DNA of 64,000 nt from an uncultured bacterium (GCA_963704645.1 OY969926.1:480001-544000); one strand, 5' to 3'. Positions 51,557 through 61,751 are shown, counted from the stretch's first letter. Numbers and translations: made by a program. Notes: generated by a model not told the origin, from the sequence alone.

Positions 51557-52063
51557 TTAGCTAAACAAATTAACAACTTTGGCGTTTTCTATTCCACCAA
51601 TTCCTGTGTCAGAGGTTGGCATTACTAATAATTTACGGTTCTGTGGTTCTCCAACGCTGGTAGTTTGCAAACCTTTAATTTCTGCTAAAATACCGTGAAC
51701 TAACTTTCTTTCGTAGCCACTTAACCCTGTTAAAATAATTGTTGTTCCTTGCTTTAATACTATTTCTTCAGCTAAAACAGGTACGCGTTCGCCAATTAGT
51801 TTTTCTCTAGATTTTTTGGCACCGGCAACATCAAGCAAGAAATGTTCTTTTTCTTCTGGAAAAGTGTGGTGAACAATTACTCTTGCAATATGTTGTAAGC
51901 TGAAGATGAAGTTTGGATCGGTTGGAATTGGGTTTGTTTTGGAATTAATAGTAATTCTATACTGCTGACTTTCTTTTTCAACTAAATATTCTGGGTCAAT
52001 ACCCATAGGTTGCAATAGACTGCCAATAACTTCCAATAAAAAACTTTGGTAGTCTGGATTCAT
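51557..52063 (-). CDS. Jag/KhpB-like KH-R3H protein without the Jag_N domain
   Basis: SLQHI, ERKLVH, TTSVGEPQNR. Confidence 0.8.
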   Translation of the reverse strand: MNPDYQSFLLEVIGSLLQPMGIDPEYLVEKESQQYRITINSKTNPIPTDPNFIFSLQHIARVIVHHTFPEEKEHFLLDVAGAKKSREKLIGERVPVLAEEIVLKQGTTIILTGLSGYERKLVHGILAEIKGLQTTSVGEPQNRKLLVMPTSDTGIGGIENAKVVNLFS

Positions 52064-52227
52064 ACTGAAGTATAGGAATAGTTACTATGCTATTTGTCAA
52101 GGAAATATAGATAAATAGAGTTATTAAAGTTAAAAACATCTTCACGGCATGTTCCACGAAAAATGTAACAAAAAATTCTTCGTTTTACCGTTATTCAATG
52201 ACCTATACCCTGAAACAAGTTCAGGGT

Positions 52228-53307
52228 TGTATATGTCAACTTATTCAGTGACAGAATTAAGTTTCTCATAGGGAGTAATATTACCAATACCTTGATGTCT
52301 TCTAATATGGTTGAAGTAGCAACAATATTCAAATAATTCTTCTTCTAAACTTTCTTTATCTGGGTATACTTGCTCTCTAAGTAATTCTTCCTCTAAACTT
52401 CTCCAGAATCTTTCTACTTTACCATTGGTTTGTGGCCTGTAGGCTCTAGTGTACTTATGCTTAATGTTGTATTCTAACAGTAATCTTTCAAATGGATGGT
52501 TTTGTTTGTTTTCTTCTTTTGTTTCTTTCCTTCCAAATTCGGGTCCATTGTCTGTTAATATACTTTGAAAATCTATGTTGTAACATCTATTGAATACTGC
52601 TAATAATCTTTGAGTATAAAGCATAACTGTTAGAGCTTGCAGATTAGGTATTAGTATGGTCATAACTATTCTAGTAAAGTCATCTGTTAAGCTTAGTAGA
52701 AAGTATTCATTCTTTTCACCCTCCAGTATTCCTTTAGCTAGTCTGTGGCAATCCATATGGCCTAATTCTCCTGCTTTATCTTTAATGATTCTTCTTTTGT
52801 TAGTTTGAATTACTCTTGGATCTAATCTATTCAATCCTTTCTTTAATAGTATATTGTAAATAGTCGTAGGTGAAGGAGTATATTTACCATACTTAGGTAA
52901 AAGGAAATCGTGTATCTCATATCTACCAAATCCTTGGTTTCTAAGTTCAATAATCTTATTCTGTATGAAAGGAATACTTTTTAAACTACCAAACTTTCTC
53001 CCTCTTTTCTTTGGAATTAAACTACTATCCATAGAAACTAATTTATACCTATTGTAATATTTGATGAAGTTTTGTCTAGTTATATTATTTGCTTTGTAGA
53101 ATTCATTTACAAATACATATCTAGGATGTTTCCTTGTTTTAATTAATTCATATTCTTGAACTAATTGTTTCATATGTCTAAGGTAATTCTTGGTTAAAGT
53201 ATTATCATTTAAACGCATATTATGTTAGAATATATGTTGTTAAAAATTTAACAGAAATAATCTAAAAGAAGATTTAAATTCTGTCACTGAAATTTATGAC
53301 ATATACA
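52228..53307 (-). mobile_element. IS481-family element copy 2 (1080 bp)
   Basis: Near-identical to copy 1 (one synonymous AAC/AAT change noticed); AGGGT duplication. Confidence 0.95.
52241..53218 (-). CDS. IS481-family DDE transposase
   Basis: Same protein as 34535..35512. Confidence 0.95.
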   Translation of the reverse strand: MRLNDNTLTKNYLRHMKQLVQEYELIKTRKHPRYVFVNEFYKANNITRQNFIKYYNRYKLVSMDSSLIPKKRGRKFGSLKSIPFIQNKIIELRNQGFGRYEIHDFLLPKYGKYTPSPTTIYNILLKKGLNRLDPRVIQTNKRRIIKDKAGELGHMDCHRLAKGILEGEKNEYFLLSLTDDFTRIVMTILIPNLQALTVMLYTQRLLAVFNRCYNIDFQSILTDNGPEFGRKETKEENKQNHPFERLLLEYNIKHKYTRAYRPQTNGKVERFWRSLEEELLREQVYPDKESLEEELFEYCCYFNHIRRHQGIGNITPYEKLNSVTE

Positions 53308-53332
53308 AGGGTGACAGCTTGCTACAACATCA

Positions 53333-54715
53333 CTACCAAAGACTTAGGTTTTTATATGTAATTAACTTACTATCTTTTGTACAAAATTGGTATCTGTCTA
53401 CAATTCTATTATAACAATTTGCTTCATTTATCCATTCAACGGTGTAATATCCCAAAATATTTTTGTTGTAGATTTCTTTATCAAACCAGATTGCAATAAC
53501 TTTATTGGGGGTGTGAACAAAAATTCTATTCCAGCTGGAATAATAACTTAGTTTAACATTTTCTAAGTTTTCATCAAGTTTTAAAGTGGCTATAGTGTTC
53601 CACTCTTTTAAATATAAATTGTAAGTGTGAACTATTTTTTGATCGTCTATCCAAAATAAAGAATTGCCAGATGTTTCATACACTTGGGCGTTGTTAGCTA
53701 GTTTAATCCATTCATTTGGTTCATAATCTGGTATGTAGTATAAATTTTGTTCAATTTGAACCAATAAACCTTGATTCAGACTTTCTAAAGTCATTCTTTT
53801 CCATGCAGGCACAGTTTTTGGTATAAGGCTTATTTCTTCAGGGAAAACCGAATATATTTTGTCTGTTAAAATAAAGTTGTTAACGTCTTGAATTCCTCTG
53901 TTTAATCGTATTAAATTGTTATCTTTTCTTAACCAAACGTTATTTGGAGTTTGGGTTGAAGTTAAGTTCTGAATATTATCTTCTAGGTAAATAAAACTCT
54001 CAACTTCTAAATTTAATTGCCACAACAAATTATTTGTATCTAAAGCCAAAAAAGTTGATTGCTCCAAAACCACAAGAGAAGAAAAACTGTTGGGGAAAAT
54101 GGCCAAGTTTGTTAAAGTCCAAGTCGATTCATTTTTATTTAAAACTAAGTTGTCTTTAGGGTTCCAAAAAGCATTCTGTCCTAAATTAACCCAGTTGTTG
54201 GAGGTTATTTCAGTAACTATGCCAGTTAATTTTACTTCCTCTAAATTGCCTTGGGCTCCTGTAAAAGCATATTGCTGAACAAAAAATTTATTATCTCTCT
54301 GTGCCAGAAGATATGAATCTGAAAGAAAAGTTAGGTTTTTAACATTTTCAAACTTTGCAATTTCATCATTTTTTTGTGGGAGCAAAGATAATTTGGTAAT
54401 TCTGGCTGAAGTGTTTTGATCTGGTGAAGCCCAAACTAAAAAGTTTTCGGGTTGGTACCCATCCAGTTTTATTTCTATAGGAATTGTTTGATTATCTTTG
54501 GCTTTAAGTTCCTGCGGAGTTTCTAAAATTTTCTTCCCCTGATTAATAATATCTGCTCCTCGGGGTAAAGTTTCAATATTAATAGAAATTGTATTGTTTA
54601 GCTTTCTGTTAGCCAAGTTTAAATCAAAACCTAGGGAGTATATAACAATGAACGGAACTGCTATTACAAAAAAAATAGCAAAGATTCTAGAAAAGTTGTG
54701 CCTGTAGTTTGGCAT
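53333..54715 (-). CDS. PEGA-domain membrane-anchored protein
   Basis: YSLGF after TM helix; IETLPRGADI...ETP...IKLDGYQ. Confidence 0.7.
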   Translation of the reverse strand: MPNYRHNFSRIFAIFFVIAVPFIVIYSLGFDLNLANRKLNNTISINIETLPRGADIINQGKKILETPQELKAKDNQTIPIEIKLDGYQPENFLVWASPDQNTSARITKLSLLPQKNDEIAKFENVKNLTFLSDSYLLAQRDNKFFVQQYAFTGAQGNLEEVKLTGIVTEITSNNWVNLGQNAFWNPKDNLVLNKNESTWTLTNLAIFPNSFSSLVVLEQSTFLALDTNNLLWQLNLEVESFIYLEDNIQNLTSTQTPNNVWLRKDNNLIRLNRGIQDVNNFILTDKIYSVFPEEISLIPKTVPAWKRMTLESLNQGLLVQIEQNLYYIPDYEPNEWIKLANNAQVYETSGNSLFWIDDQKIVHTYNLYLKEWNTIATLKLDENLENVKLSYYSSWNRIFVHTPNKVIAIWFDKEIYNKNILGYYTVEWINEANCYNRIVDRYQFCTKDSKLITYKNLSLW

Positions 54716-54811
54716 ATTATATATAATATTTTAGCCTAAAATAGCTTATTGTCAAAAAATGCACATACTAAATTGACAAAAGAAACTGATGAAACAATGT
54801 TTTAAGGTACC

Positions 54812-54937
54812 ATGGATCAATTATTCGAAAAATACAAATTGCTTTGGCTAGCCTTAATTGGTTTGGTTGTTTGTGCTTTTGTAGTAAGTATGTTAATTGG
54901 CGTAAACTGGATACTAATATTTTTAAAGAAGTTATAG
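54812..54937 (+). CDS. 41-aa single-TM peptide upstream of mraY (not in ORF track)
   Basis: MDQLFEKYKLLWLALIGLVVCAFVVSMLIGVNWILIFLKKL; TTGACA upstream; ends 4 nt before mraY. Confidence 0.55.
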   Translation: MDQLFEKYKLLWLALIGLVVCAFVVSMLIGVNWILIFLKKL

Positions 54938-54941
54938 CATT

Positions 54942-56087
54942 ATGAAAGAATTACTTGTTGATCAAATACTTATTGAAGCAGCCAAGCTGTTTACTTTTAC
55001 GGCTGTATCTTATTTAATTGCAATTTGGTGGGCTCCTTACTTAATAAAATTGTTAGTATTCCTTAAATTTTGGAAGAAAAAAAGCAGATCTGCAACCATG
55101 ACAGGTGAAGAATTGACTGTAACCAAAGATTTTTATAAACAGGATGAAGCTAAGTTGCAGGTACCAAGAGCTGGAGGGCTTTTAATTTGGATTACCACTA
55201 TTTCTTTTGCTATTTTTTTGTGGCTTTTACTTAAAATTGAACCAACTGTTTTAATAGGAACAGAGCCAGATAACAAAACTTTTGAATTTCTAAATTTTAT
55301 TTCTAGAAGACAAACTTTTATTCCTATTGCAACATTGTTTTTTGCTTCGGTTCTTGGTTTTATAGACGATGCTTTGGCTGTAATGCAAAGCGGTGGAAAC
55401 TATTTTGCGGGTGGTTTAAAACTAAACTACAGAGTTTTTGCTATGCTTGCTTTAAGTGTTGGAGTTGGGCTTTGGTTTCATTTAAGGCTAGGGCTAAACC
55501 AAATTAGCATTTTTGGTTACCATTTGCAATTTTCAGACATTCCACTTCCTTTTGGTATAAACAGTGGTTGGTTAATTGTGCTGGTTACTATTGGGGTGTT
55601 AATGGGGTTGTGGGGAAGCTCTATGATAGATGGTTTTGATGGAATGAGTGCTGGAGTTTTTATTCCTATTTATTTGTGCTTTGCCGCAATTTCTTTTGCT
55701 AAAGGTTTTTACGATATTTCTACTTTCTTAATGGTTATGGTTGGAGCAATGGCTGCTTATTTATGGTATAATATTCCACCAGCTAAGTTTTACATGGGTG
55801 ACACAGGAACTATGGGAATTTTAGCAACTCTGGGCGTTGTAGCAATAATGACAGATACAATTTATATTTTACCAATTGCAGGCTTCATTTTGCTACTTAC
55901 AGAAGGTTCGGTTATAATTCAAACGCTATCAAAGAAAATTTTTAAAAGAAAAGTGTTTTTAGCTGCTCCTCTTCATCACCATTTAGAAGCAATTGGCTGG
56001 ACAAAAAGCCAGGTTACTATGAGGTATTGGTTAATTTCAATTATGTCCTCGGTGTTGGCGTTGGCTATTGGCTTATTGTATAAGTAG
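54942..56087 (+). CDS. mraY: Phospho-N-acetylmuramoyl-pentapeptide transferase
   Basis: VPRAGG, GFIDD, DGFDG, YMGDTG, APLHHHLE. Confidence 0.93.
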   Translation: MKELLVDQILIEAAKLFTFTAVSYLIAIWWAPYLIKLLVFLKFWKKKSRSATMTGEELTVTKDFYKQDEAKLQVPRAGGLLIWITTISFAIFLWLLLKIEPTVLIGTEPDNKTFEFLNFISRRQTFIPIATLFFASVLGFIDDALAVMQSGGNYFAGGLKLNYRVFAMLALSVGVGLWFHLRLGLNQISIFGYHLQFSDIPLPFGINSGWLIVLVTIGVLMGLWGSSMIDGFDGMSAGVFIPIYLCFAAISFAKGFYDISTFLMVMVGAMAAYLWYNIPPAKFYMGDTGTMGILATLGVVAIMTDTIYILPIAGFILLLTEGSVIIQTLSKKIFKRKVFLAAPLHHHLEAIGWTKSQVTMRYWLISIMSSVLALAIGLLYK

Positions 56088-56214
56088 GGGGAAAGCTTCA
56101 GAGATTATGTTACCTTTCTCTGATTATTTTTTGACCATAAAAAAAGCCCCTGTCGTTTAATTTGCTACTAGATGTAGCATAACGAACAAGGGTGTTTTGG
56201 TTTTTTGAATTAAA

Positions 56215-57888
56215 CTACTGCTGCTGAGGTGGACGTGGGGGTGTCGCTGGTGCTTGTGCATTTAAACTTGTAGCTACGGGGTTTGGTGAAACGGCGGTTT
56301 GAATACCAGGACTCGGAGCAGCTGCTCCGCCAACAACTTGTGTTTTTTGAGGTGTAGCTTGTGCAGGTGAAGTATTAGGGTTGGCATTGTTAGATGCTTG
56401 TCCGTACTCTTTTTCTTTCGCAGCTTTTTCAAAAACATAGTAATTTTGGCTAATCCATTTTCGATTTCCTTCTATAGCTTTTTGATGAAACTCAGTGCCT
56501 AGTTTTAGTATCTCAGCTTTAGTTGCGGTACAGAACTGTCCACTTTTAGCTCCATGACGAGCAAGGGTGGACTTCTTTTCATACTTCTCTTTTTCAGAGT
56601 TGTACTGTTCTTCTGTAATAGCACCTAAAAAGTGTTTTACGTTGAGACAGCAATGTATATGAATCCAGTCACCTAAAGATACTCCAGTGTGAACATATTT
56701 TTTCTTGCCGTACTCTTCAGCAATTTCTTTTACTTGCTTCTGTTTTTTAGCTGTGAGTTCTTTACGTAAAGTTTCTTGTTTAGTTAGAACATCTTCCTGT
56801 ATTTGAGTGGGTATAAAACCACACCAAGTCCAAGCTGCTAAAAAGGCTGCGTGCATTATAATAGAGGTAAACACATCGGATTTATTCAATACCATTGACT
56901 CAGCTGAGGTAATTACGTTGTAAGAAGCCAATAACCCAAATATAAAATATTTAAGGTATGGACCAATCTCTCTTACAACAACTAATTTACCATTTTTTGT
57001 AACAACTTTCTCAGGTCTATCGATTCTGGGAGATAGAGGTATATTTAGTAATTCTCCTTCCCAAAACGTACAACTATAAAGAAAGAAGGCTACGATGAAG
57101 GGTATGTTAATTTTAGGTTCTGTTCTGAATTTAGGGCCGTTATATTTTGCTGCTGGAATTGGCGTTGTGTTTATGTCATTATGACAAAAACGCTGACTGC
57201 TAGGATTTTTTGGGTCTGCAAAATTACATTCACCCTTAACAAAACCATAACGAGAAACTTCAATAATTAAATTAGAAGCTGCTTGAGTTGGGTTGCCTGA
57301 TGGAAAGAATTTTTCCATAAAGTTACCTGAAGTTCCAGCAAGAACGAAAGCTAAAAAACACTGCATAGCAAACTTTTTTGGATCTATACCTACATTACTT
57401 ATTTGAGTGAGTAGATTGTAAGTATTTAGATTGTAATAAGTTTTCTTATCTGGCTTTATTCTTCCCTTTAAAAAAGGTACGAACATAGGACCAAGAGCAC
57501 TGCTTGTTAAAGCTTTTTCAAATTCAACATATTGCTCGTGGGTAAATAAACACCCGGCTGCTTGTCTGCTTGTTTCAAAATAAGATGAAACAAGAAAGAA
57601 TGTTAGTTGAAGGAGAATTGCTGGCTTGCCACCGTCGAATCCTTGAAATAAGGGAATGACTAGAAGCCATCCAGAAATTTGGCTAAACATTCCAAATATA
57701 AATTGCATTGGGATGGATAGAATAGGCTCCACAGAGTGAAACAAACTATTTATGCCAACGCAAAAAACTAAAGGAACTAAACCAAACATTTGCGGACTTT
57801 CCAGAAGTTTCTGAAAAAATTCAGCCGTGTACTTGCCATTACCTCCACTGTTGTTGTGACTCGGTGAAGTTGGACTACTTGCCACCAT
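56215..57888 (-). CDS. Large hypothetical multi-TM protein with a Pro/Ala/Gln tail
   Basis: 557-aa ORF; no motif recognised. Confidence 0.7.
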   Translation of the reverse strand: MVASSPTSPSHNNSGGNGKYTAEFFQKLLESPQMFGLVPLVFCVGINSLFHSVEPILSIPMQFIFGMFSQISGWLLVIPLFQGFDGGKPAILLQLTFFLVSSYFETSRQAAGCLFTHEQYVEFEKALTSSALGPMFVPFLKGRIKPDKKTYYNLNTYNLLTQISNVGIDPKKFAMQCFLAFVLAGTSGNFMEKFFPSGNPTQAASNLIIEVSRYGFVKGECNFADPKNPSSQRFCHNDINTTPIPAAKYNGPKFRTEPKINIPFIVAFFLYSCTFWEGELLNIPLSPRIDRPEKVVTKNGKLVVVREIGPYLKYFIFGLLASYNVITSAESMVLNKSDVFTSIIMHAAFLAAWTWCGFIPTQIQEDVLTKQETLRKELTAKKQKQVKEIAEEYGKKKYVHTGVSLGDWIHIHCCLNVKHFLGAITEEQYNSEKEKYEKKSTLARHGAKSGQFCTATKAEILKLGTEFHQKAIEGNRKWISQNYYVFEKAAKEKEYGQASNNANPNTSPAQATPQKTQVVGGAAAPSPGIQTAVSPNPVATSLNAQAPATPPRPPQQQ

Positions 57889-58209
57889 CTCTTTTCCTCA
57901 CTTTAATTCAAAATGTTAATTTGGTAATTTGTAACAAAAACAAATACCATTTAAATTCTAAGCATGAAAAAATGCTTTGGTCAAAAAATTTTTGGGTTGG
58001 TTGGGAATGTTGTTTTAATGAAGGTTTTTGTGGGTTGGGTATTAGTTATTCTCTGTGTAACTTGGAACAGGAGAATCAAGATTCTCCCCTACGAAAGTTA
58101 CACATTATAAATTTAAACTGCTGTAATTGACATGTTTAAATGAATACGGTTCTTGGTAATGTAATACATTAGCTAATTTAAGCCAATTAATTATTAGTGC
58201 AAACATAAT

Positions 58210-60036
58210 ATGCTCTCCCAAATTCCCAATTCCCCACAAACAATAATTGCCATTTATGCCAGTGAAAATATGGGTGTAACCATGGTGTATTTGGGTTGGG
58301 TAGATTCTGTAGAAAATAGTTCAATCTCAACCGAGCAGCAAGCAAGCATTGATTTAAATACAGAAGAAGAATTGTCAGAATTTCAAAATTGGGTTTCTTC
58401 CCAAAGCTCTAAATTATTATTTTTATATGTTAAAACTTTTGCACATCAAATTGGTTTATTTGGTAATTTCCCTAAAAATTGTTTTGATATTTCTTTAGGT
58501 TTAGAATTGGGAAATTTTAATATTTCCAAAACTACCCCGATTGCTATGCAATCACCCCTTACCAAGGGTACTGATGTTGCTAAAGAAGATGCACATCCCG
58601 AGGCTTCTGCTCAGTCCTTTTTTGAGGGGGCATTGCCTTCTAATAATAATTCTAAACCGGAGTATTTAATTCAAACTTATTTGTTTTTGCAGCAAAATTT
58701 GCCTTCCCAAATATTTAAATTGTGGCAGGAAATTGAATCACCTTTAAGTTTTGTTCTAGCTAAAATTGAAAAAGATGGAGCATACATTAACAAGCAATCT
58801 TTGCAAGAAACAGACACACAACTAACTTTAAAAGCCAACCAGTTGCAACAAGAAATATTGCAAAAATTTAATCAAATTTTAGGTAGCAGTGAAGCTGACC
58901 CAACCCAAAAAACTATTAATTTAAATAGTCCTGCTCAATTAGGCCAAGCTTTAAAACAAGGTGGATATTTATTAAAAGAAACAAAAACTGGTAAAATTTC
59001 TACAGATAGAGCGGTGTTGGAAGAGCTTCTTTTAACTGATGAAAATAATTTAATTCAACCCATTTTAGATTACCGCACAGTTGCCAAATTAAGTTCAACT
59101 TATACCCAAACCTTTTTGCAGGTGCTAGATGAAAACAGTAGGATTCACACCCAGTATAACCAGCTAGGTTCGGCTACTGGTAGAATTTCTAGTAACAACC
59201 CTAATTTGCAAAATATTCCAATTCGCAATCCAGAATATGGTCCGTTAATACGTTCTTGTTTTGCAGCTGAAAAAGGAAATAGCTTAATTTGTGCAGATTA
59301 TTCCCAAATAGAATTACGTTTGCTGGCTCATTTTTGCGGGGACGAAGTTTTAACCGAAGCTTTTGCTTTGAACCAAGATATTCACCAAAGAACGGCCTCG
59401 GAAATTTTTGATGTGCCTTTAGTTAGTGTTACTAAACAGCAACGCAGATTGGGTAAAACCTTGAATTTTGCTTTGGTTTACCAACAAGGAAGCTTTGCCA
59501 CAGCAGTACAACTTGGAATTTCCCAGAAAGAAGCAGCAGCATTTATTAACAAGTATTTTGATAAATTTAGTAAGGTAAAACCTTTTATTGAAAGCACAAT
59601 TACAAAAGCTAAAGAAACAGGCTTCGTAGAAACTTTGTTTGGTCGCAGAAGGCATTTTCAGAACTTAAATTCAAGCATGGTAATGTTACGTAAAATAGAC
59701 GAACGGGCAGCATTTAACGCCGTTTTACAAGGTAGCAACGCCGATTTAATTAAAAAAGCCATGGTGCAATTACACCAAATTTTTGAAACAGGGGAAACCT
59801 CCAGCCTGCAAACTTTAAGCAAAGAAGATAAGCAGGTTTTGTCAGGCTCAAAAATACTTAATCAAGCTAAAATGATATTACAAGTACACGATGAATTGAT
59901 TATAGAAGCGCCAACCCAAATTGCTAAACAAGTAGCTAAAATTGTTGAAGAAGTAATGCAATTAAACCAACCCTTAAAAGTTCCAATTTTAGTTGAGGCA
60001 GGAATTGGGGCTAATTGGAGAGATGGGAAGGAGTAG
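58210..60036 (+). CDS. polA: DNA polymerase I, polymerase domain without the 5'-3' exonuclease
   Basis: TGRISSNNPNLQNIP, ADYSQIELR, KTLNF, QVHDEL. Confidence 0.93.
   Translation: MLSQIPNSPQTIIAIYASENMGVTMVYLGWVDSVENSSISTEQQASIDLNTEEELSEFQNWVSSQSSKLLFLYVKTFAHQIGLFGNFPKNCFDISLGLELGNFNISKTTPIAMQSPLTKGTDVAKEDAHPEASAQSFFEGALPSNNNSKPEYLIQTYLFLQQNLPSQIFKLWQEIESPLSFVLAKIEKDGAYINKQSLQETDTQLTLKANQLQQEILQKFNQILGSSEADPTQKTINLNSPAQLGQALKQGGYLLKETKTGKISTDRAVLEELLLTDENNLIQPILDYRTVAKLSSTYTQTFLQVLDENSRIHTQYNQLGSATGRISSNNPNLQNIPIRNPEYGPLIRSCFAAEKGNSLICADYSQIELRLLAHFCGDEVLTEAFALNQDIHQRTASEIFDVPLVSVTKQQRRLGKTLNFALVYQQGSFATAVQLGISQKEAAAFINKYFDKFSKVKPFIESTITKAKETGFVETLFGRRRHFQNLNSSMVMLRKIDERAAFNAVLQGSNADLIKKAMVQLHQIFETGETSSLQTLSKEDKQVLSGSKILNQAKMILQVHDELIIEAPTQIAKQVAKIVEEVMQLNQPLKVPILVEAGIGANWRDGKE
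58528..58572 (+). repeat. 45-bp hairpin element in frame within polA
   Basis: AAAACTACCCC-GATTGC-TAT-GCAATC-ACCCCTTACCAAGGGTACT. Confidence 0.85.
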
Positions 60037-60106
60037 GGGAAAATTACTGACAAAAAAAACGCCTAGCTAGTGCATTTGGCGTTTATAAAATTTATTTGTA
60101 TGGCCT

Positions 60107-60535
60107 TTAGTAGTAGATAGACTGCTGTCTTCTAGCTAACTCGGCCTGAATCATTGGGTACTGTTCGTTACTCGAGAAGGCTCTGAGCACTATGAAAAGC
60201 ATTTCTTCAGCCAAGTTATATAGGCTGAATTGATACATCAAGTACAAATTTCCTGTTGAATAATTTAGTTGCAACAACAAACTTTGTACCTCGGCGAATG
60301 TCAGCAACTCGATTTTAAAATGGTTGCTGAATTTTTCCCATTTGTCTGGCTCTGGAGGATTATTGTCTAACCATTCCAAGCACCAGTCGAAGAAAGTTTC
60401 AGCAGATATTTGTTGCAAAATCTCACCTTCCATACTGTTAGCGTATGTTCGGTATGTATTTGAACAAACAGTGCTTTTAAACTTTTCATCCTCTTCTGTT
60501 AGGACTCTAATTGTTTTTGCTCCTTTGCTTAACAA
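60107..60535 (-). CDS. Hypothetical protein, paralog of 61046..61414 (likely ATT start at 60511)
   Basis: WEKFSNHFKIELLTFAEVQSLL motif; AGGAG upstream of ATT. Confidence 0.65.
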   Translation of the reverse strand: MLSKGAKTIRVLTEEDEKFKSTVCSNTYRTYANSMEGEILQQISAETFFDWCLEWLDNNPPEPDKWEKFSNHFKIELLTFAEVQSLLLQLNYSTGNLYLMYQFSLYNLAEEMLFIVLRAFSSNEQYPMIQAELARRQQSIYY

Positions 60536-60662
60536 TACTTAATTACAGCATATAAAATATGTTTTGGGAAGAGGAAAAATTACTTACAATAAGAAATGCT
60601 GCTTGACATTTTTGTTTTTTGGAAAAATATTTAGTTGGAAAAATAATAATTAAAGAAACTAT

Positions 60663-60815
60663 ATGTCAAATGCTGTTGGAAGAGATTTTATGCGTGAGTT
60701 TGAACAAGCTAACGCAAAAGGAAAGAGCGCTGAGTTCCTACAGGAACAAGGTCATTTAATGACCTCGGCAGAGAAGGAGCGAATCAATATTTTGACTCAG
60801 AAATCTGCTGCATAA
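60663..60815 (+). CDS. 50-aa protein (not in ORF track)
   Basis: MSNAVGRDFMREFEQ...KSAA; TTGACA upstream, terminator-like hairpin downstream. Confidence 0.55.
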   Translation: MSNAVGRDFMREFEQANAKGKSAEFLQEQGHLMTSAEKERINILTQKSAA

Positions 60816-60900
60816 TTCAATTTTTCTCCCATCGTATTCTGGTTATTTCGCTCTCATTACAAGTTAATTGTGAAGAGGGCTTTTTTATTGGGCGAAAAAT

Positions 60901-60945
60901 AAAACTACCCCCAAGCCTAGGGCTTGACCCCTTACCAGGGGTACT
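60901..60945 (+). repeat. 45-bp hairpin element, intergenic empty form
   Basis: AAAACTACCCC-CAAGCC-TAG-GGCTTG-ACCCCTTACCAGGGGTACT. Confidence 0.85.
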
Positions 60946-61045
60946 TACTCTAATTGTATTTATTGAAATGTTTTTAAACTTAACGATTTTTTAACCAAAG
61001 AAAAAACCGTCCATATTTCGAACGATTTTTAAAAGTTCTTTGCTT

Positions 61046-61414
61046 TTATAACCTAATTGGTGGACATACTTTTTTTATAGCCATATCACCAAAGTGTATT
61101 GCTAAAGCTGCTAAGTATTGCTGGGCAACTTTAAAAATACTATCACAGTCTTCTTCAAGGCCGTACTCCCTTCTTCCCAAAAAGTTTTGCACTTCAATGG
61201 TATTTAGCAAGTAGCTATAAAAGTCGTTGACGTACTCTTCCCACTCGTACCTAATTTCAGGATAAGTAGTAAGAAAGTCATATGTATAGATTGTTAAGCT
61301 AAGGCTTGAAGCATATACAACAAGCTCGTTGTTATAATTTCTCAGCCAAAGATAACTTGCTAATTGTTCCGCAATTTCTTTGTCCTCACTACTGTTATAA
61401 TTAGTTTGTATAAT
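61046..61414 (-). CDS. Unannotated 122-codon frame with ATT/ATA start, paralog of 60107
   Basis: Open frame IIQTNYNSSEDKE...WEEYVNDFYSYLLNTIEVQNFL...PPIRL; GGAG upstream. Confidence 0.6.
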   Translation of the reverse strand: MIQTNYNSSEDKEIAEQLASYLWLRNYNNELVVYASSLSLTIYTYDFLTTYPEIRYEWEEYVNDFYSYLLNTIEVQNFLGRREYGLEEDCDSIFKVAQQYLAALAIHFGDMAIKKVCPPIRL

Positions 61415-61556
61415 TTTGCTCCATTGCTTTACGGCTTCTAATTAATACACATAATTTTAAGGTTGTGAAGAGTGCTTTGGGTTTTTGAATATTGACAAAA
61501 TGAATTTTAAGTGACTCTCTAAAATAGATTTAGTATAGTAAGAGGTAGCCTTTATT

Positions 61557-61751
61557 ATGGCTTTAAGTGAGAAACAAATTCAGGAGACAGGAGCTGTACT
61601 TGATAATTTGCCAGAAGTCACATTATCACAGCCTAATATAGACAAAACCGCATGGATTAAAGCACAAGCTTCAGTTGCTAGGCTTAATCCTGATGTAAGG
61701 CAAGTACTTGACAGTGCCGAGTTGAGAGCAGGTGTCAACGTCCAATCCTAA
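61557..61751 (+). CDS. 64-aa hypothetical protein
   Basis: GAGGT upstream; terminator-like hairpin downstream. Confidence 0.55.
   Translation: MALSEKQIQETGAVLDNLPEVTLSQPNIDKTAWIKAQASVARLNPDVRQVLDSAELRAGVNVQS

Noticed and set aside
35526-52227. Composite transposon or inversion between the inverted IS copies
   Set aside because: Each IS has its own intact target and AGGGT duplication in the same orientation, and the interval holds core genes and tRNAs.
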